A stretch of DNA of 61,817 nucleotides, the filler included, from Nemertoderma westbladi (lineage: Eukaryota > Animalia > Xenacoelomorpha): NCBI GenBank assembly GCA_032718475.1. It is 4 parts of 4 records of this genome, joined end to end, with 100 filler letters (N's around TTAATTAATTAA, not from the genome) between each part and the next. Parts side by side here need not be neighbours in the genome. Positions count along the whole stretch, not along the records: positions 25,025 to 46,179 come from JAUCBJ010004298.1; 3 more parts are not named here. One strand, given 5' to 3'. A program made the translations under genes and the position numbers. Position 1 is the first letter of the stretch, and every line of letters starts with the position of its first letter. Positions 25,702 to 39,530 of the stretch are shown here, one piece after another. The notes below the pieces were generated by a model. The model saw only the letters and a program-made list of their open reading frames with translations. It was not told the DNA's origin and did not search any database.

Positions 25702-28700
25702 CCTTGGTTCACAAAAAAAACCGATTTGATGTTTTTCAAAAAAATTTCAAACAATATTAAATCAATTACAAATTTTTATTATCATGAACATAGATATATA
25801 CCTCACATGTCTACATGCCAAGTTTAGTTCACCTCCTCTAAATACCTCTAGAATTATGACGTCATCTAATCAGTTTTTATTTTGTGAACAAAAAACAAAA
25901 AAAAACCATGTGTTCACAAATAAAAAACTGAAGTCATATATTAATCTTTTTTAAGGCAATTGTTCCTAAATAGTATATCGTCAATGCATTTATTTCACCA
26001 TGAATGTATTTCAAAAAGGTTGGACATGCAGTAAATAATAAAACTTACACACTTTCTAAAAAAAGTTCATACCAGATAAATTTAATGCTGAACACGAAGC
26101 CCTAAACCGGTATATCAAATTTAACCCTCACAAATATTTTGTATAGTAATACCGGTATGCATATTATATTATGTAGAAATGAAACATTTCAGTTCAACTA
26201 CGGGTACAGTAACAATGAAAATGCAAATGTATGCATAGAATATAATAATAAATCAATATATACTACAGTGTAGACCTAAACTAATTAAGGCACTACATAT
26301 AAAATGACGAGACATTCTTTAAAAGTTTCCGCTTTTCTATTATTAATTTCAGTTTAGTTTTTCTTTAAATATTTTCAGATATTATGTGCAGTTCATGCTG
26401 TTCAAACTTGTAGCCTTTCTTTCCAGTTGGAATGCCCTCCATTGGCCCATAGTGAATAAATTTGGTTTCGACAACCTCACATCATCTTTCCGTGGTTCAT
26501 ATGTCTGGTTACCTATATACTTAAAGAACTGTAGCTCAACCTGATTTGCAGGTTCTCCCTTTTCTATCCCAAAAGCCTTAAGCAACCTTCCAATATAAAA
26601 GTTTGCGTCAAAGTATACTGCATAGTGCTTTCCGATTTCAAAATCATGGATATTCAATGGTGTTGAGGTAGAGGCTTCACTGGGTGAACTTTCGGTGACT
26701 AACATTTTGACTGAGATCTTTTCATCTTTCTTCGTTTGCTGCGCTTTCTTCTTGATTAATTTACTTGCCGCTAACTTGGCCTTCTTTTGTTGCTGGGCAT
26801 TCTTCTTTAATAATTTGTTCTTCTGAATTTCTAAGAATTCATTTGTGCTGATCATCGCAGCAAGTTTCCTTTTCCATGGTTCCTTCTCACCAAACTGACG
26901 AATAATGACTCGTTCTTGAAATTCGCGTTCACGCTCTTCAGGGGTCTTCTGTAGTGATGATGTTGGAATGTTTTGAGAGGTTGAAGGTGTCGACATGATA
27001 TTCGTCTTGCTAGGAATCCAAGTCGGTATCCATTGGAGAACCCACTGAGCTTCGAAATCATTCCCTGGTTTTGGATACGATGGAACTGCATCATGGTCTG
27101 GCTTCTGGGGGATTGGGACTGAAACAGAATTTGGAGAGCTGGCCTGATAAGAACAAATATTGAGATTGCGGACAGCTGTTGATTCACATGTAGGTTTGGC
27201 AGATAGCTTCAGGGGAGAATGATTGGGTTTACGTGGGCTAGAGCAGCGGACAAAGGCCCCACGAACGTGTAATTTACATTTAAGCTGTATACTGATCATC
27301 TGACATGGCAATCTTGCCATCAGATACCCAGACATTATACCTCTTCAACAGGAAAGGGTCGAAGCGAATGAGTGGATATTTGGATCTGTTGGTAGGAATG
27401 ATTCCACAGCTCTTGAATCCCTCAGTTACGATGGATGTAGTGAACTTCTCAGTCCACAGCTCACTTATGAACAAGCAGAACTGGTGCCGTGTAAGTTGTG
27501 TAAATCGAGGATTATTTGCATTCTTCTCTCTGATCATATTACGCCAGCTGGCTTTTAAACTGGCAAATGGGACAACATCTAAAGGCTGTAGGACATCCGT
27601 GGTGTGGGGAGGCAGTTTAAGCAGGTGGATCTTTTCTGATATAGCTAGTTCTATAACTGATATACTTAGATGAGCTAACAGACCATCCATGAGAATTAGT
27701 AATGGTCTGAGCTTAACTGACCGATCAAAATCCCGGAAGCACTCATCAAAAACTTCAGAGGTCATCCACCCTTTTTGAGATACATGAACTTTCATACCTT
27801 CAATACAACCATTCAGTGGATCAGGAGGAGGTTTATGCGCCAAGCGAAATATGACCTGTGGAGGATGAACAATACCATTAGCAGAACAGATTGCCAATAA
27901 ACTAGTGTTGGTTCGACCTTCTCCTACAGCTCTGTGGTGTGTCTTTTCACCAACAGATCCAATCACTAGGCCAGGTTTAGGGTCATATGGAAAGTTCGTT
28001 TCATCTAGATTATATATATGGTCCTTGATGTTAACAACTCCCTGTGTCTTCAACCAGTCACATTCTACAGACAACTTGTCATAAAAATCATACACAATAA
28101 ATGGATTACGTGTAGCCTCTTCTCTAGCCACTGAAAGAGAACTATGCTTTCTGGTACTCAGATTATACCGCTTACAAAATTGTAGAAGATAAACCTTCGT
28201 TGGTTCTTTGTTAATCCATTGTGCAATTTCGTGGCTCTTGGCAAACTCGATGAATACCTTTCCTAAATCAGGTAGAGTTAATCCAAAGGATGCTCTCGAC
28301 ATTGCACGAACAACAATGGCGATTCTTTCTTCCTCACAACTTTCAAGAGCCTTCTTTCTCCCCCGCTGTTTCAACCCGTCTCCACCACTAGCTATTCGTT
28401 TTCGAACTTGAAGTCGACTCCACAATGCGTATTTGCTCATATGGTGAGCTGCCGCGACATCTTCAAGACTTCCTTTCTTATTATCATATTCTGCAATTGC
28501 AGCTTCCATCATAGTCTCTGTCCATTTTTGCTTGGAATTTCGCTTGTAATATCTATATGGTACAACATCTGAGTTTCTTGGTTTGGTAGTTTTACTTTTA
28601 TCACCCTGTGACATTGTTATATATATGTTAGAACAACAAAGTCTATATGACCATGACCATTTATATTAGCTGCTATTGAAGCCTTTGCTATATATGCCAT

Positions 28701-29702
28701 ACGCCCCACTACAGCACTAGACCTATATAATGAAAGGCCCTCTGTTAGTAGCATAGCCTAAATGTAGTAGTGTAGTGTAAGTTACATTGACACTGAAACA
28801 AAACCACAGAGCTGCCACGGCAAAGTATATCTTTTAACCAGGCTTAACAGTAAAAGTACAATCCATACTAAGTTAACCTTTTAGAGCTCTAGCAGTCATA
28901 GTTCTGTATATTCCTGCAAAATATGTAATGTTTTTCAAAATGCACATAAATAGTTTTAGTTTTATTAAAATAAATGTCAAAAAAAATATAAAATAAAATA
29001 AAAAGTTTTATTCTTTTATAATTAATTCAATCATCATTGTAACATAAGAGCAACCTATAAACTACGGGTACCACTACCAGTACCATTGTACTCAGTACTG
29101 TCATAACAGTACTGATACTTCAGCACTGACACTGAAGTCTGAAAATGAACAGTATAGTGGGCTGACAATCTGGTATACTGCTATATCAAATGTGTGGAAT
29201 ATTAGGCTCTATCTAAAAACCAACTACAGTATATGCACATAACTTTTAATGTAATTCGTTAACAATATAAACCTTGATTGTTAAATTTATATTTATAATG
29301 CACTGTTTTTTTATTTGCGAATGAGTTCACAAAAAAAACCGGCAATTTTTTTTTAAAGTCTGCAACACAGCAATGTTTTGATGCTTTTTATATGTACACC
29401 AATGAGTATTATTAATGCTATAAAAAAATTAGGACCTCACATCAATTACGTAGGGAATGATAAGCCAAGTTGCACAAAATAAAATGTTTACATTTCTGGT
29501 GAACATTTTTTAGCATTGCATTTATTGTTGATTACCTTAACAATGAATTGGCAGTTTAATTTTTTAATTGAATACAAAACAGCACAGGGACCACCTAATC
29601 CCATGAAAATAGTCAGTGGCAATGTATCTGATCTAGTTTATAAATGGGAGCCCTGTTTTTTTATTTGTGAATTTTCCTACTGTTTTTTTTTGTGAACTGG
29701 GG
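25702..29702 (-). mobile_element. pogo-superfamily (DD35D, Passer/Fot-like) DNA transposon, copy 1, full length 4001 bp
   Basis: TA|CCTTGGTTCACAAAAAAAAC ... GTTTTTTTTTGTGAACTGGGG|TA gives TIRs with TA target duplication. Subterminal TTCACAAA repeats are present. Confidence 0.9.
26382..28614 (-). pseudogene. pogo-type transposase (HTH + DDE_1 + long basic C-tail), broken by a 28-bp insertion at ~27257-27285
   Basis: YNLDETN, KGWMTSEVF, LILMDG and LPPHTTDVLQPLD, with 35 residues between the 2nd and 3rd Asp. Comparison with copy 2 shows the insertion; removing it gives ~734 aa. Confidence 0.88.
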
Positions 29703-29704
29703 TA

Positions 29705-32700
29705 CCTCGGTTCACAAAAAAAACCAATTTGAAGTTTTTCAAAAAAATTTCAAACAATATTAAATCAATTACAAATTTTTATTATCATGAACATAGATAT
29801 ATACCTCACATGTCTACATGCCAAGTTTAGTTCACCTCCTCTAAATACCTCTAGAATTATGACGTCATCTATTCAGTTTTTATTTTGTGAACAAAAAACA
29901 AAAAAAAACCATGTGTTCACAAATAAAAATCTGAAGTCATATATTAATCTTTTTTAAGGCAATTGTTCCTAAATAGTATATCGTCAATGCATTTATTTCA
30001 CCATGAATGTATTTCAAAAAGGTTGGACATGCAGTAAATAATAAAACTTACACACTTTCTAAAAAAAGTTCATACCAGATAAATTTAATGCTGAACACGA
30101 AGCCCTAAACCGGTATATCAAATTTAACCCTCACAAATATTTTGTATAGTAATACCGGTATGCATATTATATTATGTAGAAATGAAACATTTCAGTTCAA
30201 CTACGGGTACAGTAACAATGAAAATGCAAATGTATGCATAGAATATAATAATAAATCAATATATACTACAGTGTAGACCTAAACTAATTAAGGCACTACA
30301 TATAAAATGACGAGACATTCTTTAAAAGTTTCCGCTTTTCTATTATTAATTTCAGTTTAGTTTTTCTTTAAATATTTTCTGCTTTTCAGATATTATGTGC
30401 AGTTCATGCTGTTCAAACTTGTAGCCTTTCTTTCCAGTTGGAATGCCCTCCATTGGCCCATAGTGAATAAATTTGGTTTCGACAACCTCACATCATCTTT
30501 CCGTGGTTCATATGTCTGGATACCTATATACTTAAAGAACTGTAGCTCAACCTGATTTGCAGGTTCTCCCTTTTCTATCCCAAACGCCTTAAGCAACCTT
30601 CCAATATAAAAGTTTGCGTCAAAGTATACTGCATAGTGCTTTCCGATTTCAAAATCATGGATATTCAATGGTGTTGACGTTGAGGTAGAGGCTTCACTGG
30701 GTGAACTTTCGGTGACTAACATTTTGACTGAGATCTTTTTATCTTTCTTCGTTTGCTGCACTTTCTTCTTGATTAATTTACTTGCCGCTAACTTGGCCTT
30801 CTTTTGTTGCTGGGCATTCTTCTTTAATAATTTGTTCTTCTGAATTTCTAAGAATTCATTTGTGCTGATCATCTCAGCCAGTTTCCATTTCCGTAGTTCC
30901 TTCTCACCAAACTGATGAATAATGACTCGTTCTTGAAATTCGCGTTCACGCTCTTCAGGGGTCTTCTGTAGTGATGATGTTGGAATGTTTTGAGAGGTTG
31001 AAGGTGTCGACATGATATTCGTCTTGCTAGGAATCCAAGTCGGTGTCCATTGGAGAACCCACTGAGCTTCGAAATCATTCCCTGGTTTTGGATACGATGG
31101 AACTGCATCATGGTCTTGGTCTGGCTTCTGGGGGATTGGGACTGAAACAGAATTTGGAGAGCTGGCTTGATAAGAACAAATATTGAGATTGCGGACAGCT
31201 GTTGATTCACATGTAGGTTTGGCAGATAGCTTCAGGGGAGAATGCTTGGGTTTACGTGGGCTAGAGCAGCGAACAAAGGCTGCATATTGATCATCTGACA
31301 TGGCAATCTTGCCATCAGATACCCAGACAATATACCTCTTCAACAGGAAAGGTTTGAAGCGAATGAGTGGATATTTGGATCTGTCGGTAGGAATTATTCC
31401 ACAGCTCTTGAATCCCTCAGTTACGATGGATGTAGTGAACTTCTCAGTCCACAGCTCACTTATGAACAAGCAGAACTGGTGCCGTGTAAGTTGTGTAAAT
31501 CGAGGATTATTTGCATTCTTCTCTCTGATCATATTACGTCAGCTGGCTTTTAAACTGGCAAATGGGGAAACTGGCAAATGGGACAACATCTAAAGGCTGT
31601 AGGACATCCGTGGTGTAGGGAGGCAGTTTAAGCAGGTGGATCTTTTCTGATATAGCTAGTTCTATAACTGGTATACTTAGATGAGCTAACAGACCATCCA
31701 TGAGAATCCGTAATGGTCTGTGCTTAACTGACCGAACAAAATCCTGGAAGCACTCATCAAAAACTTCAGAGGTGATCCACCCCTTTTGAGATACATGAAC
31801 TTTCATACCTTCAATACAACCATTCAGTGTATCAGGAGGAGGTTTATGCGCCAAGCGAAATATGACCTGTGGAGGATGAACAATACCATTAGCAGAACAG
31901 ATTGCCAATAAACTAGTGTTGGTGCGACCTTCTCCTACAGCTCTGTGGTGTGTCTTTTCACCAACAGATCCAATCACTAGGCCAGGTTTAGGGTCATATG
32001 GAAAGTTCGTTTCATCTAGATTATATATATGGTCCTTGATGTTAACAACTCCCTGTGTCTTCAACCAGTCACATTCTACAGACAACTTGTCATAAAAATC
32101 ATACACAATAAATGGATTACGTGTAGCCTCTTCTCTAGCCACTGAAAGAGAACGAGGCTTTCTGGTACTCAGATTATACCGCTTACAAAATTGTAGAAGA
32201 TAAACCTTTGTTGGTTCTTTGTTAATCCATTGTGCAATTTCGTGGCTCTTGGCACTTAGCAAACTCGATGAATACCTTTCCTAAATCAGGTAGAGTTAAT
32301 CCAAAGGATGCTCTCGACATTGCACGAACAACAATGGCGATTCTTTCTTCCTCACAACTTTCAAGAGCCTTCTTTCTCCCCCGCTGTTTCAACCCGTCTC
32401 CACCACTAGCTATACATTTTCGAACTTGAAGTCGACTCCACAATGTGTATTTGCTCATATGGTAAGCTGCTGCAACATCTTCAAGACTTCCTTTCTTATT
32501 ATCATATTCTGCAATTGCAGCTTCCATCATAGTCTCTGTCCATTTTTGCTTGGAATTTCGCTTGTAATATCTATATGGTACAACATCTGAGTTTCTTGGT
32601 TTGGTAGTTTTACTTTTATCACCCTGTGACATTGTTATATATATGTTAGAACAACAAAGTCTATATGACCATGACCATTTATATTAGCTGCTATTGAAGC

Positions 32701-33660
32701 CTTTGCTATATATGCCATATGCCCCACTACAGCACTAGACCTATATAATGAAAGGCCCTATCTGTTAGTAGCATAGCCTAAATGTAGCAGTGTAGTGTAA
32801 GCTACATTGACACTGACACAAAACCACAGAGCTGCCATGGCAAAGTATATCTTTTAACCAGGCTTAACAGTAAAAGTACAATCCAGACTAAGTTAACCTT
32901 TTTAGAGCTCTACCAGTCATAGTTCTGTATATTCTTGCAAAATATGTAATGTTTTTCAAAATGCACATAAATAGTTTTAGTTTTATTAAAATAAATGTCA
33001 AAAAAATATAAAATAATATAAAAAGTTTTATTCTTTTATAATTAATTCAATCATCATTGTAACATAAGAGCAACCTATAAACTACCGGTACCACTACCAG
33101 TACCGTTGTACTCAGTACTGTCATAACAGTACTGATACTTCAGTACTGATACTTCAGCAATGACACTGAAGTCTGAAGATGAACAGTATAGTGGGCTGAC
33201 AGTCTGGTATACTGCTATATCAAATGTGTGGAATATTAGGCTCTATCTAAAAACCAACTACAGTATATGCACATAACTTTTAATGTAATTCGTTAACAAT
33301 ATAAACCTTGATTGTTAAATTTATATTTATAATGTACTGTTTTTTTATTTGTGAATGAGTTCACAAAAAAAAACCGTTAATTTTTTTTTAAAGTCTGCAA
33401 CACAGCAATGTTTTGATGCTTTTTATATGTACACCAATGAGTATTATTAATGCTATAAAAAAATTAGGACCTCACATCAATTACGTAGGGAATGATAAGC
33501 CAAGTTGCACAAAATAAAATGTTTACATTTCTGGTGAACATTTTTTAGCATTGCATTTATTGTTGATTACCTTAACAATGAATTGGCAGTTTAATTTTTT
33601 AATTGAATACAAAACAGCACAGGGACCACCTAATCCCATGAAATAGTCAGTATGGCAATG
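29705..33660 (-). mobile_element. pogo-type transposon copy 2, head-to-tail with copy 1, right terminus (~75 bp) deleted
   Basis: Begins TA|CCTCGGTTCACAAAAAAAAC, sharing the TA at 29703-29704 with copy 1. Highly similar to copy 1 until 33660. Confidence 0.9.
30393..32632 (-). pseudogene. pogo-type transposase copy 2 with two frameshifts
   Basis: A 7-bp insertion near 32255 and a 16-bp duplication (AAACTGGCAAATGGG) near 31552-31582 split it into three ORFs. Confidence 0.88.
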
Positions 33661-33966
33661 TCCTGGGTTGGTCTCAATATCCCCATCCAGAGACAGAAGA
33701 CAGAGTTTGGCGATTAGGCCTCTAGTTCGTGGAGAGGAGACCCAAGATCTTCTTCCCCGACGAGATCAGTAGAGGCTAAATCCACTCGTCGACCACATCT
33801 CCGTCGGTTCGGCGCGGCAGTTTGAAACGGTAGCGACAGGGTGTTCGGCAAACCAGTCCAATACGGGTATTGGGTGGGTTGCAGGGTTACCCCGCGGATC
33901 GGAGGGTTCTGCCACAACGAAACGGCCCAGAACGATGACAACTGTGGAGATTGAGAGCGGTGACAT
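33661..33966 (-). mobile_element. Probable 5' fragment of a non-LTR retrotransposon ORF ending in a 2A-like (StopGo) motif
   Basis: The frame from ATG 33966, with one internal TGA at 33766, ends ...RGLIAKLCLLSLDGDIETNPG exactly at the junction with pogo copy 2. Confidence 0.6.
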
Positions 33967-34177
33967 TGTGCTGCCTGGCTGTAGTCTGACTAAAAAGATA
34001 AAAACTGTATAGGCCTAGTACTGGTATCTTTCTTGGTCTTATTGTCGGCAGGCCTACAGCTGTCGCCCTGCTCAGCTGCTTGCTACAGTGCTATAGACAG
34101 ATAGCTGATAAGCCTGCCGCCAACATTTTTTAAGCAATATATGCAAATTTTGATGCTTCTCAACAAATCGGTGCCAG

Positions 34178-34420
34178 TCTTGATTTTCGGGGGCGCAGCG
34201 TGCCGAACTCGGCGCGTTTGCTGATTTGAGAGCGCGCCGCGCGCCAATACCGGCGCGCTTCTTGATTTTAGAGCGCGCCATGCGCCATTACCGGCGCGCT
34301 TCTTGATTTTAGAGCGCGCCACGCCCCATTACCGGCGCACTTCTTGATTTTCGGGCGCGCCGCGCGCCAATTTGGCGCGCTTTTTTATTCTAAAGTGCGC
34401 CGGATTAATCCGGCGCAAAG
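34178..34420. repeat. GC-rich 41-bp tandem repeat, ~6 copies
   Basis: Unit CTTGATTTTAGAGCGCGCCAYGCGCCATTACCGGCGCGCTT. Confidence 0.8.
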
Positions 34421-34509
34421 TGTATGGATTCCAGTCTGGCCGCCGTGACTCTGTCAGTCTGTGTCGCACAATGGTCACAATGAATACAGTCATGGTACCG
34501 GTACTGCGG

Positions 34510-34800
34510 TCAGTCGGTGAGAAGTCAAAAATTGGACTTGAGTCCAAAATTGGACTTCGACTCCAGTTCAAGTCCAAAATTGGACTTCTGTGAGTCCAAT
34601 ATTGGACTTCAAATCAGCCAATTGTTCCAGGGCCTTGGGTAATTGGATCGGGCGGGATTTTTTTTTTTTAATCGAAAATATATCAAAAAATAAGAGTTTT
34701 GAACAGGGTGACCTGAAATTCACCAGGGGGAACTTTTTTTATAAGGCTTTGAATTTTTACAAAAGTCCAATATTGGACTTTAAGTCCAATTTTGGACGTG
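34510..34800. mobile_element. MITE-like element built of palindromic AGTCCAAWATTGGACT motifs
   Basis: Starts CAGTCGGTGAG..AGTCAAAAATTGGACT. The same end occurs inverted at 39531-39645. Confidence 0.55.
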
Positions 34801-35479
34801 AAATTGAGAATCAAACTTAAAGGTACATGAAGCATGACAGATGAGAGACAGCCAGACAGCTATTAAGTTATGGAAAGTTACGTTTGCAGCTCTGTATGTA
34901 TCTTCAGTGTACTGTACTTAGAATATAATGGTACATTCTAGCATTCTAGGTACTTTGTACTTTACTTTTAGCATATTGTTTAGTTTACAATTTACATTCA
35001 TGTTATGTCTAACCTTACAGCCTTATGTACCCAGGACTTTAGAGTCTTTAGGACTAGGGCCTAGATTAGATTATGCTCCAACAAATATTTAATTACAAAT
35101 TATATTTGGTGGAAACTGGTAGCAATGCCAGGTTTGCCAACTGCAGCTGCTGCTAAGGCTAACTACAGTACAAGCTACGATTTCGTCTAAACCTATGGGA
35201 GCCCGCTATCAGAAAGAAATACTACAAGTTGATGCTACCACCATCTCTTCTAATTTTTCCATACAACAGCAAGGGTATTTTAAAACGGCTGGATGATGAA
35301 AGGGGATTAGTAACTGATTAACGTGTTGGGGTCTCCACATAATAAGTAAAGTACAGAAGTAAGAAGTAACACACGTCATAATCATAAACCAATTGAAGGA
35401 AAGGAACAGGTTACAGAGGCAGACTTTTCTAACTAAAACAATAAACGGCCACTTTTGACTTGGGGACTTTTGACTTGAC

Positions 35480-35562
35480 AAGCTTGGGGGAACTAATGAG
35501 ACACCTCCAACACCAATGTTATATAGTGTCTGGTTGGAGATGTGTGCATTGTACTTGACACA
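35480..35562 (-). mobile_element. Short fragment of the same RTE LINE family
   Basis: Reverse complement of ~22480-22560 (KYNAHISNQTLYNIG..GVSLVPPSL). Confidence 0.8.
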
Positions 35563-35836
35563 GGACACAGTGAACCTAATCAAAACAATTAGCCAATAAA
35601 CATTAACTCAATAACATAATAGGTTCCAGTTTACTTTACAGTAGTCTTATTTTTGCCATACGAAAATACCACATGTATGGGTATGTATGAACTATACAGC
35701 TATAACTCCTGAACTCAACTACCGCTACTGCGGTATACACCACTAAGGCAGTAAGGCTACCACAAAGCCATACCACTACTGCAAAAAGTAACTACTGATG
35801 TCTGACTGTACTGTATACGTGTGCGATCCCTGCTTA

Positions 35837-38118
35837 TCTATATATATAAATATCCTCTGTCTGTCTGTGAGTCTATGAGTCTGTCCAAGCTATACGCTCC
35901 GACACACGAGCACCAATCTGAGAAAATGATACATCGACCGAAAGCTCTCGTCCCGAGCACGTAAACTATCGCTATCTCGAGGCTAATTTTACGCTTATGC
36001 TTGCGTGAATGCGTATTTTGTATTCGCTGCAACATGTTGTGTGATAAAATCTCAAAGTGATTCGAATATTCCTTTTGGCAGTACAGGCCTGGCAAAGCTG
36101 AGAGTTAGTTAGCAAGGCAGCTAGCTACTTGCAGACCAATCATAGGTGGCCTGCAGCAGGCTGGGTTGGTTAAGTAGTAATCTCAATAAATAGGACCCAG
36201 CACGAGAGTGGAGTGGATCTACTGTGATTGGTTCTTGACTTACATTGGTAAGAACAAGCAGTAAATCTTAGATTAGCTTTTTTCAGTTCACATATTGTTT
36301 ATAATCATAAACACAAAATGATTCAATTATTCATTTTTGCAATGTACCGGATGGGTGCTAGCGAGGTAGGCCTAGCAGGTCGTCAGTCCGTCATCCTACA
36401 AGTTGGATCTTGACTCTATCAATGTGCGTGCATCTATATGATGCAGACCATCCTGAGCCCGTGAACATGAATTGTAAAGGCTATCTCGAGGCTGATTTTT
36501 TACACATTTACTTGATACTTGCATGAATGCGTCTTTGAGGTAAAATTGCATTATTCTGCAGTTGTTTTGTTATCGGAGAAATTACTGATCAGCAAGCAGG
36601 AAATTATAACAGCAGTTATTGCATCATTGTAACCACTCTGCTGACACTTTGCAGAATAAATTCTACCTGACCATAGCTGCGTGTTGGGAGGACGCCGACC
36701 AGTTTGCGGTTCTTCAGTCTGCCACTAGGAGGCGAAATGTCTGAAAGTGAAAATCTTATCCTATTTTGTTATTAATAATGATTTTTAGCTGATACTTAGG
36801 TCCTTTACACAATATGTTTATAATGTTTTTTTGCTGATACCAAGCAGAGTATACTACACCGTAGGGTGTGTATTTGGGCTTGGGGAGACGATGACCAATC
36901 TACAGTTCCCCAGTCTGCCGCTATTAGGGGATGAAATGTTTGTTGTTTGTGAATGCTTTTTTGCTGATACTTGGCACTTGGCAGAGGACTACTACACCAT
37001 AGTCTCCATGTTTGGGGAGGACGCTAACCAGTGCAGAATTATGCAGTCTGCCACTAGGGGGCGAAATGTCTGAAATTAAAACCTTCCATTTTAATACGAT
37101 AGAGTTGCTGCAGTGACCTACTGCACTATAGGTTATGTTTGCGAGGACGCTAACCACTACTCTGCAGTTATACAGTTTTCCACTAAGGGGAAAATATTAC
37201 ACACAGTTTAAACCTTTTCCCATTTTATTATTTATCTACTACAACATAAAGCATTATGTTTATTATTGTATGTAGCTGCAACTACATTATCAGATGAGCA
37301 TAAGCTCAAAAGATGGTATGCTTGAGCATGTGGATGACTTCTGTTACCTGGGATCATGGATCCGGAAGTCAGATGAGGACCTTCGAATACGTAAGGGAAA
37401 GGCATGGGCAGCCTTGAATAGGCTTTCCAGGATTTGGAAGTCACCGAGAATTAATCGGAAACTTAAGGTCCGATTATTTAGAGCAGCAGTAGTTCCAGTA
37501 CTCCTCTATGGGAGTCCATGCTGGGCTCTAACTGCTGAGGACACCAAATCTCTGGATGGCACATTCACAAGAATGCTACGCCGGGTTCATTGTGTCAAGT
37601 ACAATGCACACATCTCCAACCAGACTCTATATAACATTGGAGGTGTCTCATTGGTTCCCCAAGCTTGACACTAGAACAAAATCGCCTCTGCTTTGCAGGA
37701 CATTGCTTTCACCGTGAGGACCAGCCAGTGCATAATCTTGTACTTTGGCAGCCTCATGGAGTGTATAAGCATGGTGGACAGCCCATGACTTTCTTGATAC
37801 GCATCTTAAAGGACACTGGCCTTGAAGATGCGGATGATCTAGCAAATGTCATGGGTGATAGGGAGTTGTGGCGGTGCAATTTTGTCGATAAGCCGGCACA
37901 GCATTCTTAAAAATGCAGCTGCAATGCAGCATGCCGATCCTAGTAGTAGCTGCAACTAAAGCGGCATCAGTATGTTTGTTTGAGAGAATGCTCACTTATG
38001 TAAAGTTTTGTTAAGTTAATTAATTAATTTATTTATGTTTGATATTGTCCATTGATTGATTGACTGTATAGAAGCTTGTGAACTAGAAAGCCGTGGCCGA
38101 AGGCCACGGGGTTTCTAG
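35837..38118 (+). mobile_element. Non-autonomous Helitron-like element containing a nested LINE
   Basis: 5' end A|TCTATATATATAAA followed by (TCTG)n. 3' hairpin CTAGAAAGCCGTGGCCGAAGGCCACGGGGTTTCTAG|T. Inserted between A and T, as for Helitrons; pairing of the two ends is inferred. Confidence 0.5.
37292..37949 (+). mobile_element. 5'-truncated RTE LINE copy (3' ~660 bp), near-identical to 22168-22837
   Basis: Same C-terminal ORF with a 1-bp frameshift at ~37660, and the same 3' end ...GCCGATCCTAGTAGTAG. Confidence 0.92.
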
Positions 38119-38554
38119 TAATACTTATAATAATTAATTTAATCGTTAAAATAATGTTGCATTGTAATTATGTAATATACTGATATATATGTACTGATAG
38201 GCTGATACGGGATGCAGTTTTGATTTAAATACCGATATATACAGTGTAGCAGTATGGGCTGATGGGTACACTTGGAGTTGTACTATGTAATGTAATGTAA
38301 TTGCACTCCAAATAATTGCACCGACAAATAAAATAATTAATTATTTAAAATTAATCTTAATGACATACATATTCACAAAATGAAATTGAATTAGACCTTT
38401 AATTAAACAATTATATGTATGGAGGGAGAAGATAACCCAGGCAATGTTGCACTTACGAGTTACGAGCGTATCTCTATTGGAATTAAGTAAAAATATTGCA
38501 AACTAAAAAAATAAAATGGTAAAACACGGTCAGTCATTATGAACAGAGAAAATA

Positions 38555-39530
38555 TAAAAAAAATCAAAATCAAAATCAAATCAAAATACGAGGCGGGGTA
38601 TAATGTGTGCATATTTAAACAAAATGACACAAGTGACTAAAATCAATATGACGTATATGGCAATTAAAAATATACAAATTACGTGCATTAACGGCATCTG
38701 AGGGCAAGGAATTCCACACGGATACTATACGGCTGGCAAAACGATTTCTGACAACGACTAGCCTGCTAGGCTGTGCAAACAGTTTCCTGTTATGGCCTCG
38801 CAAACCTTGCCGTTGCACATGCGAGAAAAAATCGTTAAAATGAAGGTCAATGTTATTGTGACAAATATTATAAACCATACGGATATCAAAAATAATTCGC
38901 CTAACTTCTAATGGTTGGAGTTTCAAGTGTATTAATCTATTAGAGTAACTGTTATCTATGTGTGTTAACTGACATCTTGAAAACAATCGTCTGGTGAAAT
39001 ATCGTTGGACGCGCTCAACCAATTTTATATTAAAGATTTGGTGAGGAGACCAAACCACAGTACAATACTCTAACAGTGGGCGAACATACGCCTTATAAGC
39101 CGTAATAAGTACGTTGACATTAGAAGTGTGGAAGCACCTAAATAATATATTGCACATTTTATACGCCTTGGATACTTGTTGGCTGCAGTATTTGCTGAAA
39201 CGCAGATTTTTGGTAACGATAATACCTAGGTCCTTACAACTCTCCTTGAGTTCTAGAATAGAACCGTTGAGAGTGTACTCACTCGGTGTGCGTGTACCAA
39301 GGTGAAGTACATGACATTTGTGAGCAGCGACATTGAGCTGCCAGGTTTTACTCCAACTGGCTAATCTATCCAACGCATTTTGAATGTTTGCCGGATTATT
39401 ACTGTTTCCATATAATTTTAAATCGTCAGCAAATAGTTTGCAACCTACATTTGTAAATTCCGAAGGCAAATCGTTTACAAAAACTAGGAACAAAATCGGC
39501 CCCAAGACGCTTCCTTGGGGTGTTCCTGAC
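38555..39530 (-). mobile_element. 5'-truncated CR1/Jockey-group LINE (RT C-terminal half and 3' end)
   Basis: Motifs GTPQGSVLGPILFLVFVNDL, KLFADDLKLY, KDLGI, YVRPLLEY..VWSP, ERVQRYFT and WNSLP. (GATTT/GATTTT)n tail at ~38560-38590. Confidence 0.9.
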
